Assembly: GCA_013115145.1 (NCBI GenBank)
Contig: JAAPAO010000074.1
Span: 1-64,000 of the forward strand
Source of the DNA: Perkinsus chesapeaki ATCC PRA-425
Lineage: Eukaryota > Protista > Perkinsozoa
Reading direction: 5' to 3'
Length of the DNA: 64,000 nucleotides
The notes under the pieces were generated by a model. That model had not been told where the DNA came from. It saw nothing but the letters and a program-made list of their open reading frames with translations, and searched no databases. Position numbers and translations under genes: made by a program. Numbering within the stretch: position 1 is the first letter of the stretch; every line of letters begins with the position of its first letter. Of this stretch, positions 10,150-23,078 are shown one piece after another.

Positions 10150-13040
10150 GTTGTCATATGTCGCTCGGGCACCCACTATCTCCTCCTCCTCCTCCTCCTC
10201 CTCCAAATCCTTGTTGCTGCTACTGACGGCTATAGAATCGTCTAGTATCCAATGACCGTCCAAACTCTTTGTGTATGGTGAACCCATCACTGATACATAC
10301 TCGCTATCTGGTAAAAGTCCCGATCCTACGTAATCATCAGCAACTTCCCCACCACCAACTCTAAGTTCATGCCATTCTGCCTTCCGACCATTGGGGCTTG
10401 TATCATCGTTCACTCTATTGATCGATATGCTCACATTACCGGTAGCTACATCAGATGGATAGTCTTCCTCCACCAATGGTAGTTCATCTACCATTCGGAG
10501 ACGCCCATCTCCCGGTTGTCCAAGTTCGCGGTACCCATCACCAAGATCAATAAAAACAGTTGCCCCCGAGGACATGATCATCCTACCGCCGCCCTCCGGC
10601 TTTGAATATGACCCTGTTTGACCGTCTTGTACCGAGCTTTCCTCACTAGCATCCCTTATAACAACAGGCCTTCGCCTAACTATGCTACCATCACCCCCCG
10701 AGCTGTAGGAGTTTCGTGAGCTCCTCTCAGATATGCTCAGCCCATTGCCCACTGCAGATGGTAGATAAATAGAGCAGGGTATTAGCTCCGTACCATCGGG
10801 GACATCCGGCACAAAAGTGATATCCTTCCACCCTCCCGCTGGTATGAATATCGTATGCTCTACATACCCGCTCATATCTTGCCCGACAGGCCCGAAAACC
10901 ATTTCGGAGGTTTGCTGGCGATGATGACCGTTCGATTCCTTGCGTTGCTGGTTTGTTCCCGACGACGTCTCGCTCTTGATTTGCAACGACCGCTTCCATT
11001 CGAACGGGTCTTGCCAACTCTCAACTGGATTTCGAGCTCTAAATGACTTCGCTGCCTCCCATAGCTCGTTCTTGAATCGCAAGAAACCATCGTAGCGCTC
11101 ACCGTCTAACCTACGAGTTTGCCTCGGTGAAGTACGCCAAGTTGAATGAATTTGTGATGCTCGAGCCTGCCAGTCGAATGGCGTCCTGAAAATTGGAATG
11201 AGAACATACGCCTGTCACTTAGTGCTTCTTACCCAAATGCACTAACTCCGCCACTGAACTCCCTGGGAGTTTCTCTGGCATCTACCCGCCCGAGGCTTCT
11301 GTTTATTTCTTGCCGTTTGTGCTGCTCCAATGAGCTCTCACCAACTCTACTGTTTGATGCCATTATTGACGAGAGTGGGATGCCATCTGGTAGCTGACTT
11401 AACCTCGATGCAGATTCACCTCCCCAACCATATGATTTGCTGGCAGTGGACGACCTCGCATTAGGGCTGGGGATCTATCAAAGTGGCAAGTGGCTTGTTT
11501 TCGATGCTACAGGAATATTCAAACCTACCTTTGCTTGCTGGACGTCCCTCGATCCTCGACGATAACTAGCCACCGTTTGAGAACGAGCTATCGCTTGGCT
11601 AAGTCTTCTGCTAGCTCGAGCTAGCTCACTTTCTGGTTTTCTACCATCTCGCATGGAAACAGACATGTGACCAGAGGACAACAGGCCAAGTAGGCCTTAA
11701 AGCTGCTGGCGCAACGAGATGAAAAGTGATAAACAGCGGTAGCAGCTCTTATACGATTGACAACCAAAAAATATTGCACTTGATCACCGTTGTCGGAAAT
11801 GAATGAGACGATATGAGGCATGTACGTTGAATGGGAGCCAATCATGCAGTGTCAATGCAGGAGCGATGCTAGGTCAGCATCAGGATGAATGCTGGAGCCA
11901 CTTGCTGAAGTTCTCCCAACTCTGGCGAGTGGAGCACGGTTAATAGATCCCCTGACGATGCTGATGATACTGCTGGTAATAAAGTACATCCCATACCTTA
12001 AAACGTTCAAATCATCTTGTTCTGTAGCATATGGATAGAAGCTTCTTCTGGTGTTATTAACGCCATTACTGTTCTCCGTTGTAGTAGTGCTCGATTTATC
12101 TTCCCATGAGAATAGATTCAAGCTTGACCGTTGCCCCTAATTCGACTACGAATTAGATTGTGTTATTGAACCACATCTTACTGTATAATGTTTCCTAGAC
12201 TTATGCCCAGTGTCAGTAACACCTTTCTTAGGGCTCAACTTCACGCTCTCATTATCATCAACACATCCGTATAATATACCCATTCCGTGATCCGAGGCAG
12301 CCCTCGAATACTCCGTCTCTGGATGTCTCCGGGGCTCTTTAAACAACAACTCCGATTCATCACACACAAGTTGAACCGAGCCACTGGCCAAATGAGAGCG
12401 AAGAGCTGAAGGTAGCGCGCTCATCATTGGGAGGCTGCGAGTAGCTGGAGTATCAAACCTGGTGCAGTCTGGCCGCCCTCACCGCCTGAGGAGGCGTTGC
12501 TTCTCAGCGTGGCCTCGAGATCGGCAAGCTGACCAATATCATCATCGTCATCACCATCCACTCCCAACTGATGATGCAGCAACAACATTCAACCTAGCAC
12601 TTTTCGAGTTTCACTTCTCACCGCAGCTGCCACTCCTCTTCCTCGTTGTAAGACATCATAGCTCCTGTTATGACTGTATCGACTTCCCCAGGATAAAGCA
12701 TCGGAGCAAATGGAGCGACCAGAAGGGCTCATGTTATCGGCAACATAATCATTATCAAATGGTGCTTTTGCTGAGGCACACTCATCTCCTAGACGAAGGA
12801 TGTCCTTTTGAGTGGTACGCTTGTTACCAAACTCTGATACTTCCGATACCTGACAAGAAATGGCATGGAGACTAAACACTGATGGAAGCCTACCTGGCTC
12901 GGAGCTGGTGATGGCGGAGTTTCACAGGGCTTATTAGCGCGTATTAGAATCTTAGCCAGATCCGCGAAATGCACACCTCTGGCCTTCTCATTGTGGCTTA
13001 ATAGACTGATTGCCTCTTCTGGTACACCAATGCCCATCTT
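10132..13040 (-). mobile_element. Decayed gag-like retroelement remnant
   Basis: Intron-free ORF fragments broken by stops and frameshifts. Broken CCHC knuckle (CYRC / HFSSRC in adjacent frames) at 11711-11744. The long ORF 10132-11082 ends in DDNVT* inside the same repeat as the RT remnant. Confidence 0.55.
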
Positions 13041-13575
13041 CTCCAGCTCCTCTAGGAATCTACAAGTTTAATAATAAATGCATTCTATTATTCTAGAGTA
13101 GTAGGAGGAGGAGCGCTACCTTCGAGTGGATAGGTGACCATAATCCCATCTTTCAAAAAGTCGCTTGACACTTGGGCCTTTACTATCCCAAAACTCTTCC
13201 TTTGGGCTAGGGTGGATTCTATGTACTGTCATGATAGGCAGCACTCACAATATTTATATGCTCACAAGTTTTCACTTAGCTACATATCGAGAGATTTATA
13301 GGAACAAGGAGATATTTACATCATAAAATTGACAACTCGAACCACAAGCAACATGAAACGATTGTGTTGTCTAACAGCTAGAGGTGTCAGAATATCAGCA
13401 CACAGTTGAGAAATAACCAATGGTTTCCTCTCTGTTGTCAATTAAAGTAACATTACTAATAATGAATAGGCGATTGAAATATAGATCATCTTCATCTTAT
13501 TGTAGCTCTTATTGTCAATGTTGCCAAACACTATATATCTTCAATACCGTTAATCACAGTCACTCTAATACGTTT

Positions 13576-15408
13576 TTATACAAAAAGGTTTATACTAGCG
13601 GTTATCCAAAGAAGCAAAGTGATAGCGACAAAGACAATGGTTAACATGGGCAGCGGCCATATCTTTCCTTTATTATCATCACCCACCAATAAAGCGGCAT
13701 AGACCAGACCAGGGAGACCACAGACTAGTGGGGCCGCTAGGTAAGATGATACAGCACCGATGAATGAAGCAATGTTAGGTACCTAATAGGACAGCAAATT
13801 GCTCGTGAACAGCGATATAGGGGGCTTACCATAAGAGCAACTATGGTACAGAAGGTTATAGACAGCAGAGGGCCACCATACTGGGTTAGGGTAGATTGAA
13901 CGCCGATATGAGATTCTATCCATCGGCAGAGTGAGAAATACGGATTTTTTACTGATGTGCCGTCGGCCTAATAAACTACTTGAAAGGCGCTGCCCGCCCA
14001 TTCCTGCCCCCGGTACCATTCCCGTGCCTGCACCAAGCTCAATAGCCTTATAGAGCCCGGCAAGCCCTGGCAGCATGTTCATAGGCCCAGCCACTAGAAG
14101 CATAATAGTTAAACCAATGCGGCACACCAACATTAGAATGTCATTATGGGGATAATTTTGCATGAAATTAGGTCTGGTGTTGTTAAGGAATGAAAGGTAT
14201 CTAATGTAGAGGTGGTGCCACCATTGAGTGCACTACTGCTGCTTAAGCTGTCCTACACTGCAATGGCTATCCCTAAGTATATTAAAGTAAGGACGACTCC
14301 AGCAAGCACGTTAACCATCGTACGCCTCATTGTAGTAGGGCGAGTCCTGAGTTGTAGTTATTAATCACACTAAAGGCATCTAGGGCTCACATCTCTGATG
14401 CAACTTTGACAGAAGGGATCTGATTCATCAACCCAAACATGCACACAGCAAAGGTGCTGAATGTGCCCATATTAAAATGTGTTCCATCGACACTGACAGC
14501 CCTGTGAGCCTGAGGGTGAGGGAGGACCTATTGGTAACACCGATGGTGGTATGGTACCTCCTCAGCGTGTGCTTCGACCAAAGCAGGAGCCCGAATGAGC
14601 ACGGCAACTGCTGTGAGGATGATTGCCCATATAGACAGAGACGATACGTATCGTAGAACGGATATACTGACAAGTTGATGAGTAGAAGAAGAGGATAGAG
14701 GGTTTACCTTTTAGTGGCAGACATGGGGTAGATGGCAAGGTAAGCACATGCAACGATGCATATTTTACGAAAGGCCTCAGAGTCAACGCATTGGATATAC
14801 TGCCCAGCTATGGATGGTATAAAATCGCCAAGGAATACCAAGTAGCTAACACATGTCATCATGCAGTAGATAAACGCCCAGAGCTCGAAGAAGGCAAAAC
14901 GAGGGGGAGTACTCAATGGGAACATCTGAGGGGAACATCATAGTTAAGCAGCTGGAGGCTTTACCAAATGATAAGCGTCCATTTCGTCCTCCTGTAGTAT
15001 TTCCTCTAGGCTCTCCTTCTTCAAGCCAAGACGGTCTAGAGCCCAATCAACCACTGCGCCATAGGTATGCAAACCAGTCTTAGTGACAGCAGTGAACAGT
15101 ATAAGGTTGCTAATAACTGCTATACAGGCACAAGCTATGAAGCATATACTCCCAACCAGAGGGCCACTGCTTATCATAGCATATGGTAAGGAAAGAGCCC
15201 CCGCCCCTAGAGCAGCTCCTACTAGCAGTAATGTTGTGGATAGGAAGGAGCCTAGCCAAGTTAGTATACGAAAGTAATGTAGACACCAATAATGCTTACC
15301 TGGGCCGAAAATAGACTCTGATCCCCTCTTCTGGTCCGAGGTAAGATCATCACCAGACAGTAGTGATAGTAGCGGTTGTTGAGAGCTCCCTCCAAGCAAC
15401 CCTGCCAT
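13576..15408 (-). CDS. Amino-acid transporter (Aa_trans/AAAP, SLC38-like), multi-exon
   Basis: STTLLLVGAALGAGALSLPYAMISSG (TM1 GAG..SLP motif), CMMTCVSYLVFLGDFIP, HYHPHNDILMLVCRIGL, and C-terminal VPNIASFIGAVSSY...INLFV*. Confidence 0.88.
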
Positions 15409-15466
15409 CTAAACTCAACCACAAATGATTGTGCGCTTTCAAGTTTTGGTCAGCGGAAATAATGCG

Positions 15467-16108
15467 CTACGAAATGTAGCGCGCGCCCTCAGGCTCGTGT
15501 CTACTTTCCGGAAAGTGCACAATCGTTATGACAACAACACCTAATAGTGAGGATTCGGTAGGATAATATATTGAGGCAATAACAACACTTATATGATAGG
15601 CTGATCTTTGGAGTGATGGTGGTGATGATAATGTAGATAGTGGCAGAGTTGCCACTATCAAAACAGCGCCGGGTGATAATGGAGCAACGCATACGCGAAC
15701 TTAAAGGGAGCTGGCCTCCTCAGACCGTCAGCCCCTTCGTCTTCCCGGTTACCCTCTCGCATATCAGTTCCTCTTTCTAGCTCCTCTTCATCTAGTGTAG
15801 TGGTAGCTACAGGAGGGTTAGGCATACCAAAAAGTATAAAGGCATTCACGGAAGGGAGCCCTTACCAGTTTAATAGGAATAAACGAGGCTAAGGAGGAGA
15901 GCGATGGTGACGATAACCATGACATAGAAGTCTTGTTAAACAGAGCTGCGATAAGTAAACGATTGACAGAGGCAAGAAAACAACCTGCAGAGGATGAGGA
16001 AGAGAAGTGGACATGTTCGAGCTTGAATAGGGAAAAGGGAGCTGCATAGATACTCACAATCTGACTTTGAACAAAGTGATACCGAATCAAAGAATCTAAG
16101 CACACCAT
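15467..16108 (-). CDS. Hypothetical multi-exon protein
   Basis: Chain of short minus-strand ORFs separated by plausible GT-AG introns; no recognisable domain. Confidence 0.3.
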
Positions 16109-16125
16109 TGGAGGCAGTCAGTGAG

Positions 16126-19077
16126 ATGATAATGCCAGATGTGAATCATCATCTACACGATAACAGAGGGGTTAATCATCGACTTGACGTAAGACGGCAA
16201 AGGCTACCATAGGCTAAAACAAGATACTTCAGCCTCCAAGCGTGAGCACTACTAATAAATTCATTGCTCGAGAGATACATCACCACGTAGCAGCACCTAT
16301 GAGGAGGAGATCAACACAGGAAGTGACAATTCCCGTGGTAGCAGCAAAGGCCTGCCCACGATGTGGAGGTAAAGGAAAGTACACGACGACGGTTGCGCTG
16401 CTAAACAATGGGACAGGATCATTCGGACTATTCGGGGGAGAAGGGACGATGTTGAAGGGTGAAGTGGTGTCAGCTCTTGGTGGTGGTTATTGCCGTAAAT
16501 GCAAGTGTGAAGATGCCCCCCTTTATGTGGATGGAAAAGTTACCTTTCACTATAGGTCCTGTGCGGTATGCATGTACGTGAGAGACTATCTAGATAGGAG
16601 AAAGAATTTAGCAATGACAAAAGATGAGATACGTAACACTTATACTAACACTTAACAGTTATGGTCTCGAGGGTAGGGGAAGAGAATGCAGAGCTAAGAC
16701 GGTGGATAAAGAGATTGGCTAGAACAGCTGAGCTTGCCGTACCTGCCATTGATAAGCTTATGAGGGCAGAGGCGAGAAGCAAGAGGTGCAGCCCTGCCAC
16801 AGGAGGTCGAAGGGACAACAACCGTATGTGAGCGTAAAGGGACACGTAGCTATTATCGGTTATAGGCACCCCTCAGAGGAGGGATGGTGCCTCACCGATT
16901 CGAATGATACCATTTATGGATCAGAGACAGTAGGAATGCATCTTCGTCCGAGTGGAGCTAGTGAAATCTCTCAGTGTTGATGATAATATAGCTGGTACGA
17001 AGAAAATGCTGATAGCTGCTAATGGGGAGCTAGAAACCCTCAGAAGGAAGCATCTTAGGGCTCTGGATAAGTGAGGCGGCCCGTAGTTGCTCCTATCGTA
17101 TGGTGGAGTGATCGTGCCCAGAAAACGTGAAGCAGCAATACAAGCTGAGGGTGATGCACTCGATGTTGAGATTGAGAAGCTCAGAAAGGCTATACGAGCT
17201 CTAAGTAGGATGAAATGAAAAGGAAGAGCCGAAGAACCGTTATCAGAAACCGAGACTTCTCGTAATGATAGAGATCTGACACGAGCGGCGAAGCTAGAGC
17301 AAGAAGATCCAATCGTTGGAGGGGGGATGTCCGGTCGAGGTTGGGATATTCTTCATAGCTTGATATTACTCATTATCATCATCAGTAATGGCCCAGCAAA
17401 GGGAGGAACAACAACTCCGTGTTGAAGCTGAAAGATGGCATGAGAAAAACCGAAAGATGGCTTTAGAGATAGAGGTTCGGGAAACCGCAGCAGACTTGGT
17501 GTAGTGCACATACATCAGGCATCAGAGGAGCAAATACAGGCATTAGCTCAGAAGGAAGCAGATCTAGCTGCTAAGCTAGAGAATATACGACAAAGGGATG
17601 TGGGGAAGCATGGGAGCTGATGCCAGTCGATGCTACTGTCTCAGAGTGTTGTGTCCCCAGAAGGATATCATCGTCGCAGGGTGGAAGAAGGGAGACAGAA
17701 GGAGATGAAAGCCAAGCTGGAAAAGCGGAAGGCAGAGCTAGAGGAGGAAGTGAATACACTCACTAAAGCAATTGAACAAGTAAATGCTATAAGTTAACAG
17801 ACAAGATACGAACGTCGTCCGACCACCTTAGTCGCAGAGGAGCTTGGTAAGGACTAGGAGAGCATATGAAAGAGATCGTCAACGACTTGAGTCAGAGATA
17901 AAGGAACTCGAAGGAAGGGTGGCTGAAGCAGCGGCATTAGAGAGACAGCGTGAGAGCTGGGATCGCTGCCAAGCGATGCTAATGGTTACTACAGGAATAA
18001 GCGAACATGTTAGACTGTACTGCTCACTACCACATCATATAAGGCAAGGATTACCGAGGACACTAAGGCCGGATTATGCCGAGCTGATGCGGAATAGAGG
18101 ACATGTGGCACAAAGTGGGGCTCCAATGGGGGAGGACAGTCGTGGCGCAAGTATTATAACAAAGCTCTAGGCTATGTGCCTACCGAGGTGCAGGTACTGC
18201 TACTTCTGAGCGAGCTGGATCACCTAGTGGCCGAGGAGGCTTGTCGGCACGGAGAGTCGGAAAGGGCGCCGGAATGCCTTCTCCTGATTTTACTGCCATT
18301 AAGGAACGAGCTAAGCACATAAGTCGGATGATAACTATGGCCTACTGAGCTCACTCATCACTAGCAGGTGATGCAACAGCAGATATAGCAGATGCGGTAG
18401 ACAAGAGACGCCAACGAAGACATGACCAACTGGCACACCTTGACGAGGGACATTCAGATAATGATGATACTGCACAGCAATCGGTTACGCAGGAACGGCA
18501 CTCTATAGAAGAAGATGATAAGACGCACGGTATAGTTGTACATTCTCATATGGAGGGCAAGCAAACAAGCGATGGGAACGATGTTATGGATGAGGAGACG
18601 GTGCAGATAAATGAGCAGCCTGTACCACAATCTAGGGCGAAAATTGAGCCAGAGAAAGCCCTGCCGAACCTGGACGCTCTCTTCTCTTGTGACGTTGTAA
18701 ATAGTAATAGTCTGATGGAGGTGTCACCCGATACGGAAGAAAAGCCAAGTCTTGCCCTCAGCAAAGAAGCAGCAGCATCACCACCTCTGGAAGCAAGTCC
18801 CTTAGATACTCTGTTTGTCACAAGAGTTGCAGATGGTGAAAAACTTGTGAGTGATGGGAAAAGCGATATTACGAGTGCTATCCATGGAGCACCGTATAAT
18901 AATATCATCAGCAACTCTTTCCGGAACGATCGTGATGACGATAAGAAGCTAGTAGAGACTAAAGAAGAGGAAGGCATAGTTATTGACAGGGAACGTCATG
19001 CTGCTACTGCTGCTGCTGCTGTGAATGCTGAAGATGAACAGGAGAAACCTCGATTTGGCAGGAGAGCTGCACCATGA
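16126..19077 (+). CDS. Cys-rich Zn-binding plus long coiled-coil protein, multi-exon (could be two genes)
   Basis: ATG at 16126 splices in frame into the 16242 ORF containing CPRCGGKG, CRKCKC and CAVC. Downstream exons are E/K/R-rich heptads (KEMKAKLEKRKAELEEEVNTL, RDRQRLESEIKELEGRV), followed by an acidic tail ending at 19077. Confidence 0.55.
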
Positions 19078-19319
19078 TGACATAATATGACCATGATGAT
19101 GTCGGCGTATTTTTCGGCGTCAGTGTTACTATCGCGTTGTCAATGCTCGACGATCTCACAACGATCCCTTATACTATCAACTATATATTAAGAAGATAGG
19201 GCTCGAGTTTGTGCTTTCACAGCGTAACGGTTCCTTCCGTTAAAACAACTGTAACGCCATTGACTTGCGTGCCATGCAGCTTCTGTTGTCGTGTGTTGTT
19301 GTACTTGGAATAAAATACC

Positions 19320-20294
19320 ATGTTCGTCATCGCTCTTATTGTCTTACCTGGAGTAACCTTCGCTGCCTCACTTGACAAAGAAAGCCATTATTGCTCTGCT
19401 GCTGGAGAAAAGGTAACATGCTTATCACTGGACCCAATGGGGGTAGCAGTACTGACTGAGGCTGAAACTAACATGAGCGCTGATGCTGTCTGCAATAGTT
19501 GGGGACCGCTAACACACAAGTACGGATTATATCGCAAATCTGATAAAGAAACCTTCACTATAGGAAGGGGAATGAAAAATGCTAAGATACAAATGCGCAA
19601 TAAGCCACCAATGTCGCTAGACGCAGTATATCCTCACACAACAAAATCCCTAGCTGCTGTCTTCTCAATGGATCAGCCAAAGTGGGAGATTCACTTTGAA
19701 CCGCACAAACCAAACCGTGTACGAGTTGTTGGTGATAAAGGGGTGATTGAAGGTAGAGTGGCAGAGGGCTATCCGTACACCATCACGTGGGGCAATGAAG
19801 AAGGACAAGGCAATGCAATGTTGGTCCAAGTGCCGTCTGATGATCCTGAACCTGTCCATGAACATGTCATTCTTGCCGAGTATCAACCTAGAGAGGGTCA
19901 AGCGGAAAGATTTTCACTATTCCATCTGTAAGTCAAGTTTTCTGTGGTGCGTATGTTGGAGAATAACAAATCCGCTATATAAGGTGTTGCCTAATCAAAG
20001 CTTCTTTCAATCCACCGTACTGCTTACATCAGTATTGTGGCCGACCACCTTGTCGTATGGCAGCGTACAGCTCATGCCTGTTACCATTTTCACTTCAGAC
20101 GGAATAAACATGTGCACACCAAAGAAAAGTTTTGGACAGGAAAGCGTTTTGCAGGATGGTGAGCATAGCTTTCGCTTGGTAAATGGTGTACGTACGCTTT
20201 CAGGTTGGAGGATGTCAAGAAGCATCGACTTGAACCCATCGACGCATCGGATTGGGGAAGTGTTAGTGCTAGAGCAGAAGATACAGAAGAGTAA
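19320..20294 (+). CDS. Secreted beta-rich protein, ESHYC family copy 1
   Basis: Signal peptide followed by ESHYC...CLSLD..GVAVLTE...SWGPLT. The apparent TAA at 19929 sits in a gtaagt donor. Proposed exons 20099-20158 (EKFWTGKRFAGW) and 20204-20294 (LEDVKKH...). Confidence 0.8.
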
Positions 20295-21038
20295 AGAACC
20301 TTATCGATGACATGATGTATGCTTTGATACCCCCCCCATCCTCCTCTTCTTTCGTGTTTTTGGTATAAGTCTTATCAGTTATTGCGTGTTTTACGTGTGT
20401 ATTCGTATGTATGTTGTCGGTATGACTGGACGGCTTTGAGTTTTGCCCAATGCCTCATAGTCCTAACTGGAGGCTTCCGATGCCATAGTGTAATCTTGCC
20501 GTAGTATACTTTTTCTCACTTCCTCGCGCCACCAAAACATACGCGTGTTGGGGCATAGGCCGGTGAGAGTAGAGTAGGCTTGTTAGAGCTCACAACATTG
20601 ACAAGCATATCGAGTCATCTGTATGGACCAGTGCTGAGAACAGGCAGAAGCCAAAGGACAAAGTTATGTACATTCTTATGATGCACTGGAACACTTATTA
20701 TAAGCTGACAGAACTTGGGGCAAGGTCGTGGCATGCCAGAGTTGTCAGAGTGGTGCTCTTGCACCGTACTGGTACAATAGCCACTCATAGATCGAGACGG
20801 CATTGTCAGGTGAATAATGGAAGACGAGCGGCTGTAATTGCCAAGGATAACGTAAGTAGATGTTACACCGATATGAATGTACTTCTCCCCGATTGTGAGA
20901 AGAGGAATACTGTATATAAAATTTTTCGATGCATCGTTTTGTGTTTATAATAACGCTCAGCCATAAGCTGGGATTGACGATGACGCTACATACACCTTGC
21001 AGTTGCTGCGCTAGTTTAGTTGTTACTTGGGGAACACT

Positions 21039-21647
21039 ATGAAGTTATCCATCACTCTCATCTCTGTCTTACCCGGGCTCAACTTTGCTGCTCCGCTAGA
21101 TGAAGAGAGTCATTATTGCTTTGATAATGGAGATGTCTTGAGGTGTCTGTCATTAGATCGCTTCGGAGTAGCATTTCTAACTGAGGATACACTTGCTGAC
21201 AACGCTAAGCTCAACTGCAAATCTTGGGGACCATTGACCCCCTCTCATGGAACATATCATGGGTTAGGGGTCGAACCCTTCACTTTAAAAAGTATACGGG
21301 GACATGTTGAGATGCAAATAGCCGGAGAGTTGAGCCCAGTGTTACTGCGTGCGGTACATCCCGAGTCCCCTAAATCGCTAAATGGTTTGGCCTCTGTTTT
21401 CGTAGTGGACGAACCCAAGTGTGAAATTGAGTTGAGCGCGTTCAACCCAGACCGCGTATGGGTGAATTGGACCGAAGAAGTTACTGAGGGTGTGGTAACA
21501 CCAGATTATCCGTTTATAGCTACTTGGAGCAACAAAGGAGAGGATGGAACAGCACTATTGTTCAAGTTGGATGCGGAGCCTTTCGTACTTGCTAAGCACA
21601 AGGCTACAGGAAGAGATGCGAAGCGATGTCTACTAACTCATCGGTAA
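21039..21647 (+). CDS. Secreted beta-rich protein, ESHYC family copy 2 (first exon; later exons probably extend to ~22130)
   Basis: MKLSITLISVLPGLNFA signal, then ESHYCF...CLSLD..GVAFLTE...CKSWGPLT...YPFIATW. The apparent stop overlaps a gtaatt donor at 21644. Confidence 0.8.
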   Translation: MKLSITLISVLPGLNFAAPLDEESHYCFDNGDVLRCLSLDRFGVAFLTEDTLADNAKLNCKSWGPLTPSHGTYHGLGVEPFTLKSIRGHVEMQIAGELSPVLLRAVHPESPKSLNGLASVFVVDEPKCEIELSAFNPDRVWVNWTEEVTEGVVTPDYPFIATWSNKGEDGTALLFKLDAEPFVLAKHKATGRDAKRCLLTHR

Positions 21648-22293
21648 TTCCATTTCCATATGTTAATGGTTAGACCAGAATGAGAAATCCATGAGAACTG
21701 TGGTGAAACAAAAACATCTAGTCAGTATTAATGTAGTCAACGTTAGCGCCTACAGTATGCTTAGAGGATTGTGACATACAGCCGATTCGGCTGAGCCGAA
21801 TGTATAATGAAGTGTGCCTGATCATATTTGCTCCAGATATGATACTAAAAACGAGGACAAAGAAGCTTATTGGTCGAATGAAAGTCTAGGAAAATGGTCA
21901 GCTATATTTCATAACTCAATGTGACATCGCTAACTTTGTTAGGGTTACAGATGTGAGGGATTCTCCACCCTTTAAACCGCCACCCATACCAACAAACCCG
22001 CCATCCAGACGAACAGAGCTGTCACGGAGGCCACGAAACCCACGGATGCGCCGGGTGCCTGCTGACTAGCCCAGGCCTCGTTTTCAGACGAATCATTCTA
22101 CCACACCATACATCTCGAGCGTGAAAGGGGTTCTCTTTCTTTTTTTTTACCAATGTTTGTTTATAGTAAGTTTTATATGTATTCGTGTACATGTTTTGCC
22201 CCATATTGTTGTGTTCTGGAAGCAGTACGCCATTGTTAAGGAGCTCTCGGAGCTATGGTGTCGAGAAGGTACTTCTTATTGAGCTAGACTCCT

Positions 22294-23078
22294 ATGTTAT
22301 TCGTCGTCATCCTTGCCTTACCTCTGATCACCATAGCCAGCGATTTGCCTCACGAGAGCCATCATTGTACTGCTGTAAATCCGGACAGTATGACATGCCT
22401 TTCATTGGACGCAAGTGATGTGGCAGTGTTAACTGAGGCTACAGCAACTGACCGTACATCCCAAAGTTGGGGACCACTTACGCGTAGATATGGGAGATAT
22501 TACAAATCTGCTAGTGAACGCTTTTCTATGGAGCATGATTTGATCAGTGCAGAGATGCAGGTAGATGGACAGCCAAGCATCTTATTGGCAGCAGTGGAGC
22601 ACAAATCACCCAAATCACTCGCCGACCTGACTTCTATCTTCTCAATGAATCAACCTAACTGCACGATCGAGCTTAGTCCCTTGAAACCATACAGTGCTCG
22701 TGTACATTGGAATGGGCATATCTACAGCGGTACAGTATCAAAAGAATATCCGTATACTATAACTTGGGCTAACGGTGAAGGTGTTGGACTCTTGCTTGAG
22801 CTGCCTGAGTGGTATAATGTATTGAAGCCTGAATCTAGTAATCCTTATTTCATACTTGCTGAGTACAGGCCCACAGGAGGTACACCACAACGGGTTCTGA
22901 TGCGTCATGCGTAAGTCTTGTTCGTGGCTTCATTCATTTATAGTCCTTTCTATTTCAGGGGAAAGTATTGGACTGATGACCGACTAAGAAGATGGTGAGT
23001 TGACTTTTCCTGTAGTATGCTGCTACTCGCTCTTTTAGGGTAGAGGATGTCAACAAGCATGAACCGTATCCCGTCTAG
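22294..23078 (+). CDS. Secreted beta-rich protein, ESHYC family copy 3
   Basis: Signal peptide followed by ESHHC...CLSLD...SWGPLT...YPYTITW. Introns 22911-22958 and 22995-23038 give in-frame exons GKYWTDDRLRRW and VEDVNKHEPYPV*. Confidence 0.85.

Noticed and set aside
12170-12200. RCGSIT as a second zinc knuckle
   Set aside because: First Cys, His and last Cys are missing.
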